Shown here: positions 39,642 through 48,713 of the stretch, piece by piece
Numbering within the stretch: position 1 is the stretch's first letter
Layout: each line of letters starts with the position of its first letter
Source: Eubacteriales bacterium
GTDB taxonomy: Bacteria > Bacillota > Clostridia > Oscillospirales > CAG-272
Reading direction: 5' to 3'
Assembly (NCBI GenBank): GCA_045638385.1
Contig: JAZUBI010000127.1
Span: 6,074 to 70,073 of the forward strand
Length of the DNA stretch: 64,000 bases
Program-made: the position numbers and the translations under genes
The notes under the pieces: generated by a model
What the model saw: only the letters and a program-made list of their open reading frames with translations
Told to the model about the DNA's origin: nothing
Databases searched by the model: none

Positions 39642-40064
39642 TTATGCGAGGTTTTCTACAGTAGCCTTTACCCAAGCAAGGACATCAGCCTTTTCCTCTT
39701 CGCTAACCTTATTATTGAAAAGTCCGACCTTTACAAACTTTGCGTCTTCAATAACATTGGTTCCTGCCTCTTTAAGAAGCTCCTTGGTCTTTTCAACAGA
39801 TCCCTCATCGCCTGCATACATAATAGCAACGTTTGCAGCTCTTACCTTGGTAAGCTCACGAACGAAGAGTCTGTAGCTGTCGGGAAGGGTACCCTTGATC
39901 TGAATTGCAAGGATAACAAGTCTTTCCTTGTCGCATGAATATGCGGGGGGAATTCTGTCAACAGAGTTAACATTGAGGTCGTACTCCGCCTTTATCATCT
40001 CTGCGATAGAGCGAAGCTTTTTGTTGTTCTCGGGATAGCAGAGAACTCTCATTTTGATTGCCAT
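39642..40064 (-). CDS. hypothetical protein (flavodoxin-like alpha/beta pattern)
   Basis: The start is placed at ATG 40064 (GGAGGA 7 nt upstream), giving 140 aa. No family was recognised. Confidence 0.55.
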   Translation of the reverse strand: MAIKMRVLCYPENNKKLRSIAEMIKAEYDLNVNSVDRIPPAYSCDKERLVILAIQIKGTLPDSYRLFVRELTKVRAANVAIMYAGDEGSVEKTKELLKEAGTNVIEDAKFVKVGLFNNKVSEEEKADVLAWVKATVENLA

Positions 40065-40138
40065 GGTTTTTTCCTCCATTTTTACGGTTTTCCGTATATT
40101 TATTTTTTATTTTACTTGTTAAAAAGCGGATTTCGCTT

Positions 40139-40867
40139 TTATTTGAACTCGATCATATAGCTATCGTACACTTTATTACGCATTATACGGTAGTTGATGT
40201 CTGAAAGCTCATCCTTGAGTGCATCGCTTTGGCGCAATGCAGTCACAATATACTCGGGATTAAGGTTTTCCGTACTGCCCGCAGACAAAACTGCTTTTGC
40301 TGTAAGAGATCCTTTGGTCGATTCAAATTCGATACGCTTTATGAAAGACGTTATATCGACCTCCTTTTCACCCGATTTTGACTTTTTCATCATCATTAAT
40401 GGCGAAAGGAACAATCCGGTTGCTTTCATTGCGGTATTTTCATCGATCTTATCGGATTTAATCGTGATCGAATAGTCAGCATACGCGATATCCGCAAATT
40501 TGGTAGTGGGGTAATAGGCCTCAAGTACATACATCTCGTCGGTAAGCTGTGCGTTAAGCTGATTTTTTATATCCTCAAGAGATATTTTTCTTTCTATTCT
40601 GAGATCAGCCATCTCACACATACTTTCGGTGCCTACAGACAAAGGCAATCCGAATACAAGCTTTGCGTGGGGATTGAATCCCTGGGTGTACCACATTGGA
40701 ATATTGGCGCGCACCAAGACACGGTGAAAGGTTCTTTGCAAATCAAGATGTGAAACGAACTGAAGGTTTCCAACCTTGCAAAATTTGATCCTTACAGTTA
40801 TGGGAGACTCGAGCATGGGAAGCGACAGCTTCTTCTCACCCGGATTTATTTTCTTTTCGGGCAACAC
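40139..40867 (-). CDS. TIGR03936 (DUF2344) radical SAM-associated protein
   Basis: N-terminal RIKFCKVGNLQFVSHLDL pattern. The GTG 40867 start has GGAGGTGA upstream and overlaps the radical SAM gene by 22 nt. Confidence 0.8.
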   Translation of the reverse strand: MLPEKKINPGEKKLSLPMLESPITVRIKFCKVGNLQFVSHLDLQRTFHRVLVRANIPMWYTQGFNPHAKLVFGLPLSVGTESMCEMADLRIERKISLEDIKNQLNAQLTDEMYVLEAYYPTTKFADIAYADYSITIKSDKIDENTAMKATGLFLSPLMMMKKSKSGEKEVDITSFIKRIEFESTKGSLTAKAVLSAGSTENLNPEYIVTALRQSDALKDELSDINYRIMRNKVYDSYMIEFK

Positions 40868-42702
40868 GTTCTCTCACCTCCAAGCTTATTGGCTCCACAA
40901 CCCGAGCAATGCTCACGGCAGCTCGGCGTGGTTTGATCCTCATATGCCTTTTTGCATTCACGGAGCAAGAAGCTCTTATCCACTCCGCAATCGATAATAT
41001 CCCAGGGAAGGATCTCTTCAAAGGAATAGCGTCTGTTGGCGTAAAAATCAGGATCCACTCCGCTTCTTTCAAATATGTCTATCCACTTATTGTAATCGAA
41101 GAACTCACTCCAGGCGTCAAATTTGAAGCCCTCCTTGCAAGCAAGCTCAAGTGAAGAGCAGAGTCTTCTGTCGCCGCGAGCGAGCACTGCCTCAATACGG
41201 CAGATCTCTGCATCGTGATGCTGATATTTGATCTTTCTGTCAGTAACGAGCTTTCCGACAAATTCCTGCTTTTCCTTCATTGTTTCAAGCGTATCCTGCG
41301 GCTCCCACTGGAATGGTGTGAAGGGCTTGGGAATAAACGGAGAAACACTGAATGTCACCTGCGGCTGCTTGGCGCGGTTTCTGTTGGGATTCTGATAGAA
41401 TGCCTCTATAACCTGTTTTGCAAGTGCAGGAATTGCTGAAAGATCTTCTTCAGTCTCTGTCGGGAGTCCTTGCATAAAATAGAGCTTGACCTGCGTTTTT
41501 CCCGCGTCAAACGCGACGTTGACCGCTCTCATAAGGTCATCCTCACGGACATTTTTGTTTATAACATCACGCAGTCTTTGTGACCCTGCTTCAGGAGCAA
41601 AGGTCAGCGATGATGCTCTTACCGAGGCAACCTTTTCCATAAGCTCTTTTGTAAAGCTGTCAACTCTCAGTGAGGGAAGCGAGAAGCTTACCATATTATC
41701 CTTTGTCCATTCAAGAAGCTTATCTGTCAATTCGGGAAGTCCGGTGTAGTCGCTTATTGAAAGGGAAGACAGAGAGATTTCCTCATATCCTGTGTTTTCA
41801 AATATACATTTTGCCTGCTCATTGAGAATATCCGGAGACTTTTCTCTTACGGGGCGATATATCATTCCTGCTTGACAGAAACGGCATCCTCTGATACAAC
41901 CACGGAAGACTTCAAGCATTATTCTATCGTGGACGACCTCTGTATACGGCATTATTGCGTATTCAGGGAATATTGCCTTGTCAAGGTCTTCAACAATACG
42001 CTTGGTTATTTTAGTGGGTATATCGTCATACACGGGGGTGTAAGACTTTATAGTGCCATCTTCGTTATATTCGACGTTATAAAGCGACGGGACATATACA
42101 CCGGGTATTGTTTTTGCGGCTTCGTGAAGAAAATCCGCCTTAGTGTAACGTCCTGCATCCTTCATTTCAATATAGAGTCGAACAATCTCGACAAGAAGGC
42201 TCTCGCCCTCACCTATATTGAAAATATCGAAGAAATCTGCAACCGGCTCGGGATTATATGCGCAAGGTCCGCCGCCTATTACGATTGGGAAGTCCTCTCC
42301 GCGTTCGCTTGAGCGGAGTGGGATACCTGAAAGCTCAAGCATATTGAGCACGTTGGTATATGACATCTCATACTGAAGTGTGAATCCGAGAAAATCGAAC
42401 TTTCTCACCTCATCCTTGCTTTCATGCGCCCAAAGAAGAAGACCGTTTTCCTTCATCTTCTCCTGCATGTCCACCCACGGGTTATAGACGCGCTCGCACC
42501 AAATGTCGCTCTCTCGGTTAAGGCATTCATAGAGAATCCTTACACCGAGATTAGACATTCCGATTTCATATGTATCGGGGAAAGCAAAGGCAAATCTTGC
42601 CTTTATGCTCTCTTTATCCTTAATGATCTGTCCGTACTCTCCGCCCGAATAACGTCCGGGCTTTGAGACCTGTTTTAAAATAGAATTTAATTTTTCGTTC
42701 AT
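40846..42702 (-). CDS. TIGR03960 family B12-binding-domain radical SAM protein
   Basis: CxxxCxxC cluster (CIRGCRFCQAG) preceded by a B12-binding-like N-domain; 618 aa. Confidence 0.85.
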   Translation of the reverse strand: MNEKLNSILKQVSKPGRYSGGEYGQIIKDKESIKARFAFAFPDTYEIGMSNLGVRILYECLNRESDIWCERVYNPWVDMQEKMKENGLLLWAHESKDEVRKFDFLGFTLQYEMSYTNVLNMLELSGIPLRSSERGEDFPIVIGGGPCAYNPEPVADFFDIFNIGEGESLLVEIVRLYIEMKDAGRYTKADFLHEAAKTIPGVYVPSLYNVEYNEDGTIKSYTPVYDDIPTKITKRIVEDLDKAIFPEYAIMPYTEVVHDRIMLEVFRGCIRGCRFCQAGMIYRPVREKSPDILNEQAKCIFENTGYEEISLSSLSISDYTGLPELTDKLLEWTKDNMVSFSLPSLRVDSFTKELMEKVASVRASSLTFAPEAGSQRLRDVINKNVREDDLMRAVNVAFDAGKTQVKLYFMQGLPTETEEDLSAIPALAKQVIEAFYQNPNRNRAKQPQVTFSVSPFIPKPFTPFQWEPQDTLETMKEKQEFVGKLVTDRKIKYQHHDAEICRIEAVLARGDRRLCSSLELACKEGFKFDAWSEFFDYNKWIDIFERSGVDPDFYANRRYSFEEILPWDIIDCGVDKSFLLRECKKAYEDQTTPSCREHCSGCGANKLGGERTCCPKRK

Positions 42703-42725
42703 TTCAAATTATCCTTGAAGCTAAA

Positions 42726-45719
42726 TTACTTCTTTTTGAGCAGCTGCACTATTCGAACAACATTGGGGGTTGTTACGAGAATAGAGGCAAGATAGAATAT
42801 TAACATAGCATTTCTCTGTATAAACTCCATAAAGCGCGAGCTTGGAGCCTTGCAGAATGCAAGCAGAATCAAGCCAGAAATTACAAAGCCTGCTGTGATC
42901 TGTAAAGCGCGGTATAATTTTACCGTCTTGCGGTCGTTTGCGATTTGACGGCCGTATATCATCGTGTTACAAAGCTCATTGGGCGTTGATGAGATTATGC
43001 CCGAGTCAGCCATATTGAATTCTGTGTTTTGCTCATACATTTCAGGCTTATGCACACTCAATACGTTTTCCGCCTGATTTGTCTCGAAATAATATTCATT
43101 TATTTGTGGCTCATAGCTCTCAACTACAGCCTTTATTTTGTGTTGTGCGAGCATATCAACTGTGTCAAGGAAGCTCTTTTTAATATTGCTTGTGACAATA
43201 AAGCCAAGCTTCGGAACACCGTCGAATGCGAGGTATATGACCGTTCTGTTTACACCCTTAACAGCTGTTGTGAGGTTGGTATCGGTCTTTACCTTTATGT
43301 TGTGAGAGAGCATATATTGGCGATCTCCGATCAAAATGTTCATTGATGAATCATAATATACATCAATTCCATTTTCGGATATTGAGTTGATCACCAAATC
43401 GTGGCTGATATTCGATTCCTCTGCACGTTGAAAACGCATTGCATTCGACAGCGGTCCGCCGAGGATCTCAAAGACACGGCAGGATATATTGAGCCACTTT
43501 TTAGAGCTTTCGTCACTCTTGTTGGGGTTTATCTCGGTAATTGCTGTAATTTCGACTGCATCTGTATCGTTAAACATAACCGAATCGATCTTGGAATATT
43601 CCACAACAGCATCATCGCCTATAAATGCGCTTTCTGTCTTCTTCAAGGTCAAGCTATGTACATATTCGATCACAGCGGGAACGATCAGAGCAGAAAGCGG
43701 AGCGGCTGCAAAGAAAACAAATCCCGCGGCATTTACACCCAACGCAAAGCTGTCTCTTATTACGGAGACCGCGATACACGCGGTGATTGCAAGGAAGGGA
43801 ATGACACCGACGTTAAGAACTATCTTAACGCTTGAGCTCTTATGATTGCTCATTCTTGCAAAATAACCGCTTGCATATTTTGTTCTTCTGATGCTGTAAG
43901 CATAATCCTTGCGTTTCAGACTCTTGTTTTTAAGAGAGCGCTGACCTATGATCTTTTTCTCAAGAACGCAGTGCGATTTGCTGTTGCTTACTATCTCAAA
44001 GGTGTTGCTCTCACGGCAGCAATCGAAATATTCTGCCCATGAAGCAAAGACAGTATATAAAGCCACATATCCGCCAAAAGACATATATAGCACGAAATCA
44101 GCAGTCTCCGGAGCGGCGGCGTGAACTATACTCATCACAATACAATAAAGCAAGTGCTCTGCTAAAACTATTGAAAGCGGCGAGTAATAACTTGTCTCAA
44201 ATCTCGATAAAGCTAAAACTCCGTAATACAGTCTCTTGTGCAAGAGTGCTACGATGATTATTGTCATAGCAAGCTCGAAAAGAATGAGCGACAAATAGTC
44301 ATCCGGTGTAACTGAGCGCGAAACCAATATATCGGTTACCAACATAGCTATCGCAATAAGCGAAAGCAACATGCTCGAAATAAACAGAAAAAGTTTATCG
44401 GTCTTATACTTTTTTGTAATTTCGGGAATCTGAGAAGCGTTTGAAAATTCCTTATTTACAAATCCGTGCACGATTTTATGTTTTTCAGGCACAAATTCAT
44501 TATTCTTTTCCACAACGACCGCGTGAGCATATTCGTTACCAACGCTTGTTGCTATCTCTCCTCCGTATCCGAACTTCATAAGAAGGGAAACGTCGTTTTC
44601 ATTTATATCAGTCTGCGGAACAACAGTTGATACGTGTTCAGCTGCATATGAGCTTGACTCGTCCTCCCGCGTTCCTCTGAAGGCAGTATCGTCTACGTCC
44701 TCCTCGGGCTTATAAAGAGAGAGTGTTTCGATTGAACATTGAAGAGCATCGGCAGTGTATTCTTCCGGATCAAGAACGAGCTTCTTTGGAGCAGGGAGTT
44801 CTTCAATCTCTTCAATCTCCTCAGTCTCCTCTATCTCTTCTGTCTCTTCGATATCTTCTATACATTCTGTTTCTTCCGAAATAATTTCATCTGCATCATC
44901 GTTGATAACTACATCCTGCTCGGAATCATCCATGGTAGATGCAAATTCAGTGTCTTCAATTTCATCATTGATCTGAAGGTCAATTTCATCGATTTGCCCA
45001 TCTACATCGGTATCAGCGTTTTCGTCATAGGAGAGATCCTCGCTTGACGAGCATTCGGAAAATTCTTCAAGCATAGAAGCGAGTGTCCCTATATTTGATT
45101 CGTCGATGGATTTTTCTATTTCCTCATTTTCTTCATCAAACTCATCCTCAACGAATTGCACATCATCAACAACAATTTCACTGTATTCATTGCTTACAGA
45201 GAGATCTTCCTGATCATCTCCTTCGATTTCCGCATCGTCACATATCTCACTTTCAGCAGATTCCTGCGTTCTGTGGAACATCATATTTAAGACGTCGTCG
45301 ACTCTTTCTTCCTCTTCGCTGTTGTCCTCAGCTTTAGGCTCATTTGCATCACAGTGAATGTCGGTCTCTGAATCGTCAATAGGGGATTCGTCAGCTTCGG
45401 CTTCTTCCGTTGGCAAATCTGTTTCCACGGACTTGGCTTCTGCTTCGGGTTCGTCGCTGTAGGAGAGCTCATCCGGTACTGAATCTGCTATTTCTTCTGT
45501 TTTTGGCTCCTCGGGTTGTGCATTCACAGCATCATTACCGGAGGCTTCGCCGGAGCTTGATGCAAATATTTTTTCCAATACCGATGCAAGCTCTGCATCC
45601 TCCTCCGATTTTTCTTCATCAAGCAAGGAGTCCTCAAGTTCATTATCAACATCGGTAGCATAAGATAGTTTCAATTGTTCAAGAATGGCATCCAATTCGT
45701 TTTTCTTTTGCCTACCCAT
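42726..45719 (-). CDS. large membrane protein: polyacidic N-terminal region plus degenerate P-type (P1B-like) ATPase scaffold
   Basis: 997 aa. The N-terminal ~400 aa are Asp/Glu-rich and low complexity. The C-terminal region has 6 or more TM helices and a P-domain-like sequence whose signatures are replaced (FNDTDAV for FDKTGT, AAPLSAL for CPC, ESYEP for TGD). Confidence 0.7.
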   Translation of the reverse strand: MGRQKKNELDAILEQLKLSYATDVDNELEDSLLDEEKSEEDAELASVLEKIFASSSGEASGNDAVNAQPEEPKTEEIADSVPDELSYSDEPEAEAKSVETDLPTEEAEADESPIDDSETDIHCDANEPKAEDNSEEEERVDDVLNMMFHRTQESAESEICDDAEIEGDDQEDLSVSNEYSEIVVDDVQFVEDEFDEENEEIEKSIDESNIGTLASMLEEFSECSSSEDLSYDENADTDVDGQIDEIDLQINDEIEDTEFASTMDDSEQDVVINDDADEIISEETECIEDIEETEEIEETEEIEEIEELPAPKKLVLDPEEYTADALQCSIETLSLYKPEEDVDDTAFRGTREDESSSYAAEHVSTVVPQTDINENDVSLLMKFGYGGEIATSVGNEYAHAVVVEKNNEFVPEKHKIVHGFVNKEFSNASQIPEITKKYKTDKLFLFISSMLLSLIAIAMLVTDILVSRSVTPDDYLSLILFELAMTIIIVALLHKRLYYGVLALSRFETSYYSPLSIVLAEHLLYCIVMSIVHAAAPETADFVLYMSFGGYVALYTVFASWAEYFDCCRESNTFEIVSNSKSHCVLEKKIIGQRSLKNKSLKRKDYAYSIRRTKYASGYFARMSNHKSSSVKIVLNVGVIPFLAITACIAVSVIRDSFALGVNAAGFVFFAAAPLSALIVPAVIEYVHSLTLKKTESAFIGDDAVVEYSKIDSVMFNDTDAVEITAITEINPNKSDESSKKWLNISCRVFEILGGPLSNAMRFQRAEESNISHDLVINSISENGIDVYYDSSMNILIGDRQYMLSHNIKVKTDTNLTTAVKGVNRTVIYLAFDGVPKLGFIVTSNIKKSFLDTVDMLAQHKIKAVVESYEPQINEYYFETNQAENVLSVHKPEMYEQNTEFNMADSGIISSTPNELCNTMIYGRQIANDRKTVKLYRALQITAGFVISGLILLAFCKAPSSRFMEFIQRNAMLIFYLASILVTTPNVVRIVQLLKKK
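44799..44861 (-). repeat. imperfect 9-nt tandem repeat (x7) inside the CDS
   Basis: Units are TTCTTCAAT/CTCTTCAAT/CTCCTCAGT/CTCCTCTAT/CTCTTCTGT/CTCTTCGAT/ATCTTCTAT on the + strand. They encode (I/T)EE repeats (IEDIEETEEIEETEEIEEIEE). Confidence 0.85.
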
Positions 45720-45741
45720 TTTGATCCTCCGTTAAATACTT

Positions 45742-46623
45742 TTATTTGCTTCGGTTTTGTCTTGCGGCTTCACACAAAATGACCGAGGCGGCAGTGGAAA
45801 CGTTAAATGAATTTACCTTTCCGTACATCGGTATTGACGTCAAGGCATCTGAGCTGTCAATTGCTATCTTGGAAACACCGTTTCCTTCGCTTCCGAATAT
45901 CAAGCCACACGGGCCCTTAAAATCAGTTTCATAATAAGGCGTTCCGCCTGCCTCTGCGGCATATATCCAAACACCTTTTTCCTTGAGATCTCTGATCGTA
46001 TTTGCAATGTTAGAAACCTTAGCCACAGCCATATGCTCTATAGCTCCCGCAGATGCCTTGGATACAAGCGGAGTAAGACCCGTTGACCTTCTCTTGGGAA
46101 TAATAATTCCGTGCGCTCCCGCGCCCTCTGCGCATCTTATAAGTGCGCCCAGGTTGTAAGGATCGGTTATTCCGTCAGCTATAACGATAAGCGGAGCTTC
46201 GCCGCGCTCTTTAGCAATATTTAAAATGTCATCAACCGTACAATATTCCTTTTCCGAGGCCATTGCAATGATTCCTTGATGGGGAGCAAATCCCGACATG
46301 GCATCAAGCTTATTTTTATCGGTCTCGACTACCGGAATACCTTTTTCGATTGCCATAGCGACGAGAACAACGATAGAGCCCTCTCTCTCTCCACGCTGAA
46401 CAAGCAGCTTATCTATCTCGCGATCCGATTTAAGAAGCTCACGGACAGCATTTCTGCCTATTACAAGACCGGTGTCCTCCTGCTCGTGCTCCTCCTCAAC
46501 CTTTTTGGGGGAAGAGTACTTTGTTGCATATTTATTGTCGCGAGGCTTTTCGAATTTTTCCTGATTTCCGCGCTTTTTATCATCATATTTTTTCTTGTTG
46601 TAATTATTCATCTTATTCTCCAA
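45742..46623 (-). CDS. rlmB: 23S rRNA (guanosine-2'-O)-methyltransferase RlmB-like (SpoU family)
   Basis: SpoU substrate-binding domain plus methylase motifs (DGITDPYNLGALIRCAEGAGAHGIIIP, LIFGSEGNGVS). It has a basic N-terminal extension. Confidence 0.8.
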   Translation of the reverse strand: MENKMNNYNKKKYDDKKRGNQEKFEKPRDNKYATKYSSPKKVEEEHEQEDTGLVIGRNAVRELLKSDREIDKLLVQRGEREGSIVVLVAMAIEKGIPVVETDKNKLDAMSGFAPHQGIIAMASEKEYCTVDDILNIAKERGEAPLIVIADGITDPYNLGALIRCAEGAGAHGIIIPKRRSTGLTPLVSKASAGAIEHMAVAKVSNIANTIRDLKEKGVWIYAAEAGGTPYYETDFKGPCGLIFGSEGNGVSKIAIDSSDALTSIPMYGKVNSFNVSTAASVILCEAARQNRSK

Positions 46624-46743
46624 AATTTCACAGAATATAATACACTATTTTATATTATAACATATTTATCTATATTTGTATATAGTTTTTCAAAAATTCA
46701 GCAAAAAAATAAAACGCAATCCTGCCTTCGCAAAGAATACGTT

Positions 46744-47010
46744 TTATTCATCGTCAAAATATATGTCATGGTCATCAAAATGATGGTGCGCATTACTGTG
46801 TCTGTTTTTTGCAAATATAGCTACCGCAAAAACAACAGCAACACCGATAGAGGTAAATGGAGACTGCCCGATCAGCTCGAAACCAATCCCAGACAATGCT
46901 GTTACGGCAATTCCCAAAATTGCCCAAAATTTTGTTTTTGTAAGAAGCCCGTAACAAAGGGGTATTGCGCCGCACAAGGCTCCGATAAAAAATCCTAAAA
47001 GAAATCGCAT
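46744..47010 (-). CDS. small membrane protein with His/Asp-rich tail
   Basis: The start is placed at ATG 47010 (GGAG 9 nt upstream). The 88-aa product has 3 TM helices and a C-terminal HSNAHHHFDDHD tail. Confidence 0.5.
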   Translation of the reverse strand: MRFLLGFFIGALCGAIPLCYGLLTKTKFWAILGIAVTALSGIGFELIGQSPFTSIGVAVVFAVAIFAKNRHSNAHHHFDDHDIYFDDE

Positions 47011-47181
47011 TAAAAAACACTCCAAGGTTTATTTAATATAATTTTACCCTTATTTTTATGTGTTGTCAACATTTTTTTGAGAAAAATTAGTGCTTTTTGC
47101 AGAATAATGAGTTACGCTCAACTTTTTCAATAAATAAAAAGCTCCTTTTTACAAAAAATATTGCAGAAGGGAGATGAAGCA

Positions 47182-47949
47182 ATGAAAAAAATTATTTTTC
47201 TTTTATCTTTTCTGATTTTGGTTTCTTTCTCATCTGTCACGATCAGCGCAAATAATACAGTATATAGCTGGTTTTGTGTTCACAGAAAAGATCATCTGCA
47301 GCCCATTGCAGACTGCTCGTTTGATTTTATTGATGAATACGACGGCTTCTATATCGATAAAAAACACGGTGATGAATGTGATGAGAAGGTTATTTATTTA
47401 ACCTTTGATGCAGGATATGAGAACGGAAACGTTGAAAAAATCCTTGATATATTGGATAATGAAGGAGTTAAGGGTGCTTTCTTTGTTCTCGGACATCTTA
47501 TAGAGGATAATTCTCAGCTCGTCAATAGGATGTTTGACGGTGGACATCTTGTGTGCAACCACACATTTTCGCACAAGACGATGGTAGGGAAGAGCCAGCA
47601 GGATTTCAAGAATGAGCTTGAATGTCTTGAAAGAGCCTGCATCAAAGCGACCGGACGGGAGCTTTCAAAATTTTACCGCCCTCCCGAGGGAAAGTTTGAT
47701 GAGCAATCTCTTCAATACGCAAAGGATCTGGGCTACAAAACTGTTTTTTGGAGCTTTGCGTATGCAGATTGGGATAATAATTCTCAAATGAACCCCGAAA
47801 AGGCCAAAAAGAAAATTCTTGATAATATTCACAACGGTGAAATTATGCTTTTGCATCCAACGTCCGAAACAAATGCGAAAATACTTGGGGAAATTATAAA
47901 GGAGCTGAAGGATCAAGGCTACAGATTTGGAACTCTGGATGAATTGTAA
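47182..47949 (+). CDS. polysaccharide deacetylase (PdaA-like, NodB domain)
   Basis: Signal/TM sequence followed by NodB motifs (LTFDAGYENG, CNHTFSH, LLHP). The start is ATG 47182. Confidence 0.8.
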   Translation: MKKIIFLLSFLILVSFSSVTISANNTVYSWFCVHRKDHLQPIADCSFDFIDEYDGFYIDKKHGDECDEKVIYLTFDAGYENGNVEKILDILDNEGVKGAFFVLGHLIEDNSQLVNRMFDGGHLVCNHTFSHKTMVGKSQQDFKNELECLERACIKATGRELSKFYRPPEGKFDEQSLQYAKDLGYKTVFWSFAYADWDNNSQMNPEKAKKKILDNIHNGEIMLLHPTSETNAKILGEIIKELKDQGYRFGTLDEL

Positions 47950-47951
47950 AT

Positions 47952-48668
47952 ATGAAACACCTTTTAAAATTCGTTGCAATTTGTCTGATAGCAATTATTT
48001 GCGCTAATCTTTTCATCCTTTACACATTTGCATTAGGACAGCCGAAGGAGCTAAATTTTGACGTTGATATATATCGCAAGCACGAGAACGAATCAATGAA
48101 AATTGCCCTGACCTTTGATGACGGCCCACATCCAAGGCAAACTCCGATGATATTGGATCTGCTTGACCGGTACGGAATAAAAGCGACATTCTTTACTGTT
48201 GGGATCAATGCTTATTATTATCCCGACGTTTTGGCAAGCATCGCGGCAAGAGGTCACGAAATAGGTAATCACACTTATTCGCACCCTCACGTAGCTCATA
48301 TAAATCAAAGCGTACTTGAAAATGAGATTGCAAAATGCGAGGAAACCGTTTATCAGATCACAGATAGACGAACAAAGCTTTTCAGACCGCCAGAGGGTAT
48401 GATCGATTCAGCTGTTCTGAATGCGCTTCAAAATCTTGATTACAGAGTAATTTTATGGGATATAGATACCCGCGATTGGGCTCACACATCTCCGGAGGAA
48501 ATTGCGGAGAATATTATAAGTAAAATATCGTCGGGTGATATCATACTGATGCACGATTATATCGGAAGCAATAGTCCGACATGCGAGGCAATGCAGATAT
48601 TTATTCCTGAGCTCATTGCAAAAGGCTACAAATTTGTTGTGGTTAGTGAATTGATAGACTCAAATTAA
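47952..48668 (+). CDS. polysaccharide deacetylase (NodB domain)
   Basis: NodB motifs (LTFDDGPHP, GNHTYSHPH, LMHD); 238 aa, immediately after the first deacetylase. Confidence 0.85.
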   Translation: MKHLLKFVAICLIAIICANLFILYTFALGQPKELNFDVDIYRKHENESMKIALTFDDGPHPRQTPMILDLLDRYGIKATFFTVGINAYYYPDVLASIAARGHEIGNHTYSHPHVAHINQSVLENEIAKCEETVYQITDRRTKLFRPPEGMIDSAVLNALQNLDYRVILWDIDTRDWAHTSPEEIAENIISKISSGDIILMHDYIGSNSPTCEAMQIFIPELIAKGYKFVVVSELIDSN

Positions 48669-48698
48669 ACGCCGACTCGGAAAGTCGAGTCGGCGTTT
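48667..48698. terminator. bidirectional intrinsic terminator
   Basis: AAACGCCGACTCG-GAAAGT-CGAGTCGGCGTTT between convergent genes. Confidence 0.8.
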
Positions 48699-48713
48699 GC
48701 CGTAAATATTAGC

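Noticed and set aside
40122-40140. Small hairpin AAAAGCG-GATTT-CGCTTTT between TIGR03936 and the next gene
   Set aside because: The stem is only 7 bp, mostly A-U, and overlaps the stop codon. It is too weak to call a terminator, so the unit is treated as co-transcribed.
44799-44861. Short tandem repeats that might suggest a CRISPR-like or minisatellite array
   Set aside because: The unit is only 9 nt, with no spacers, and it lies in frame inside a CDS. It is a coding low-complexity repeat, not a CRISPR array.
44739-45047. + strand ORFs encoding Ser/Ile/Phe repeats (for example SSISSISSVSSISSV)
   Set aside because: These are the mirror image of the Glu/Asp-rich repeat region of the 997-aa minus-strand gene. 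The repetitiveness comes from the sense-strand (I/T)EE repeats.
46276-46998. 240-aa + strand ORF spanning the rlmB 5' region, the intergenic region and the small membrane protein gene
   Set aside because: It is antisense to two better-supported genes and crosses an AT-rich promoter region. Its composition is low complexity and no SD is present.
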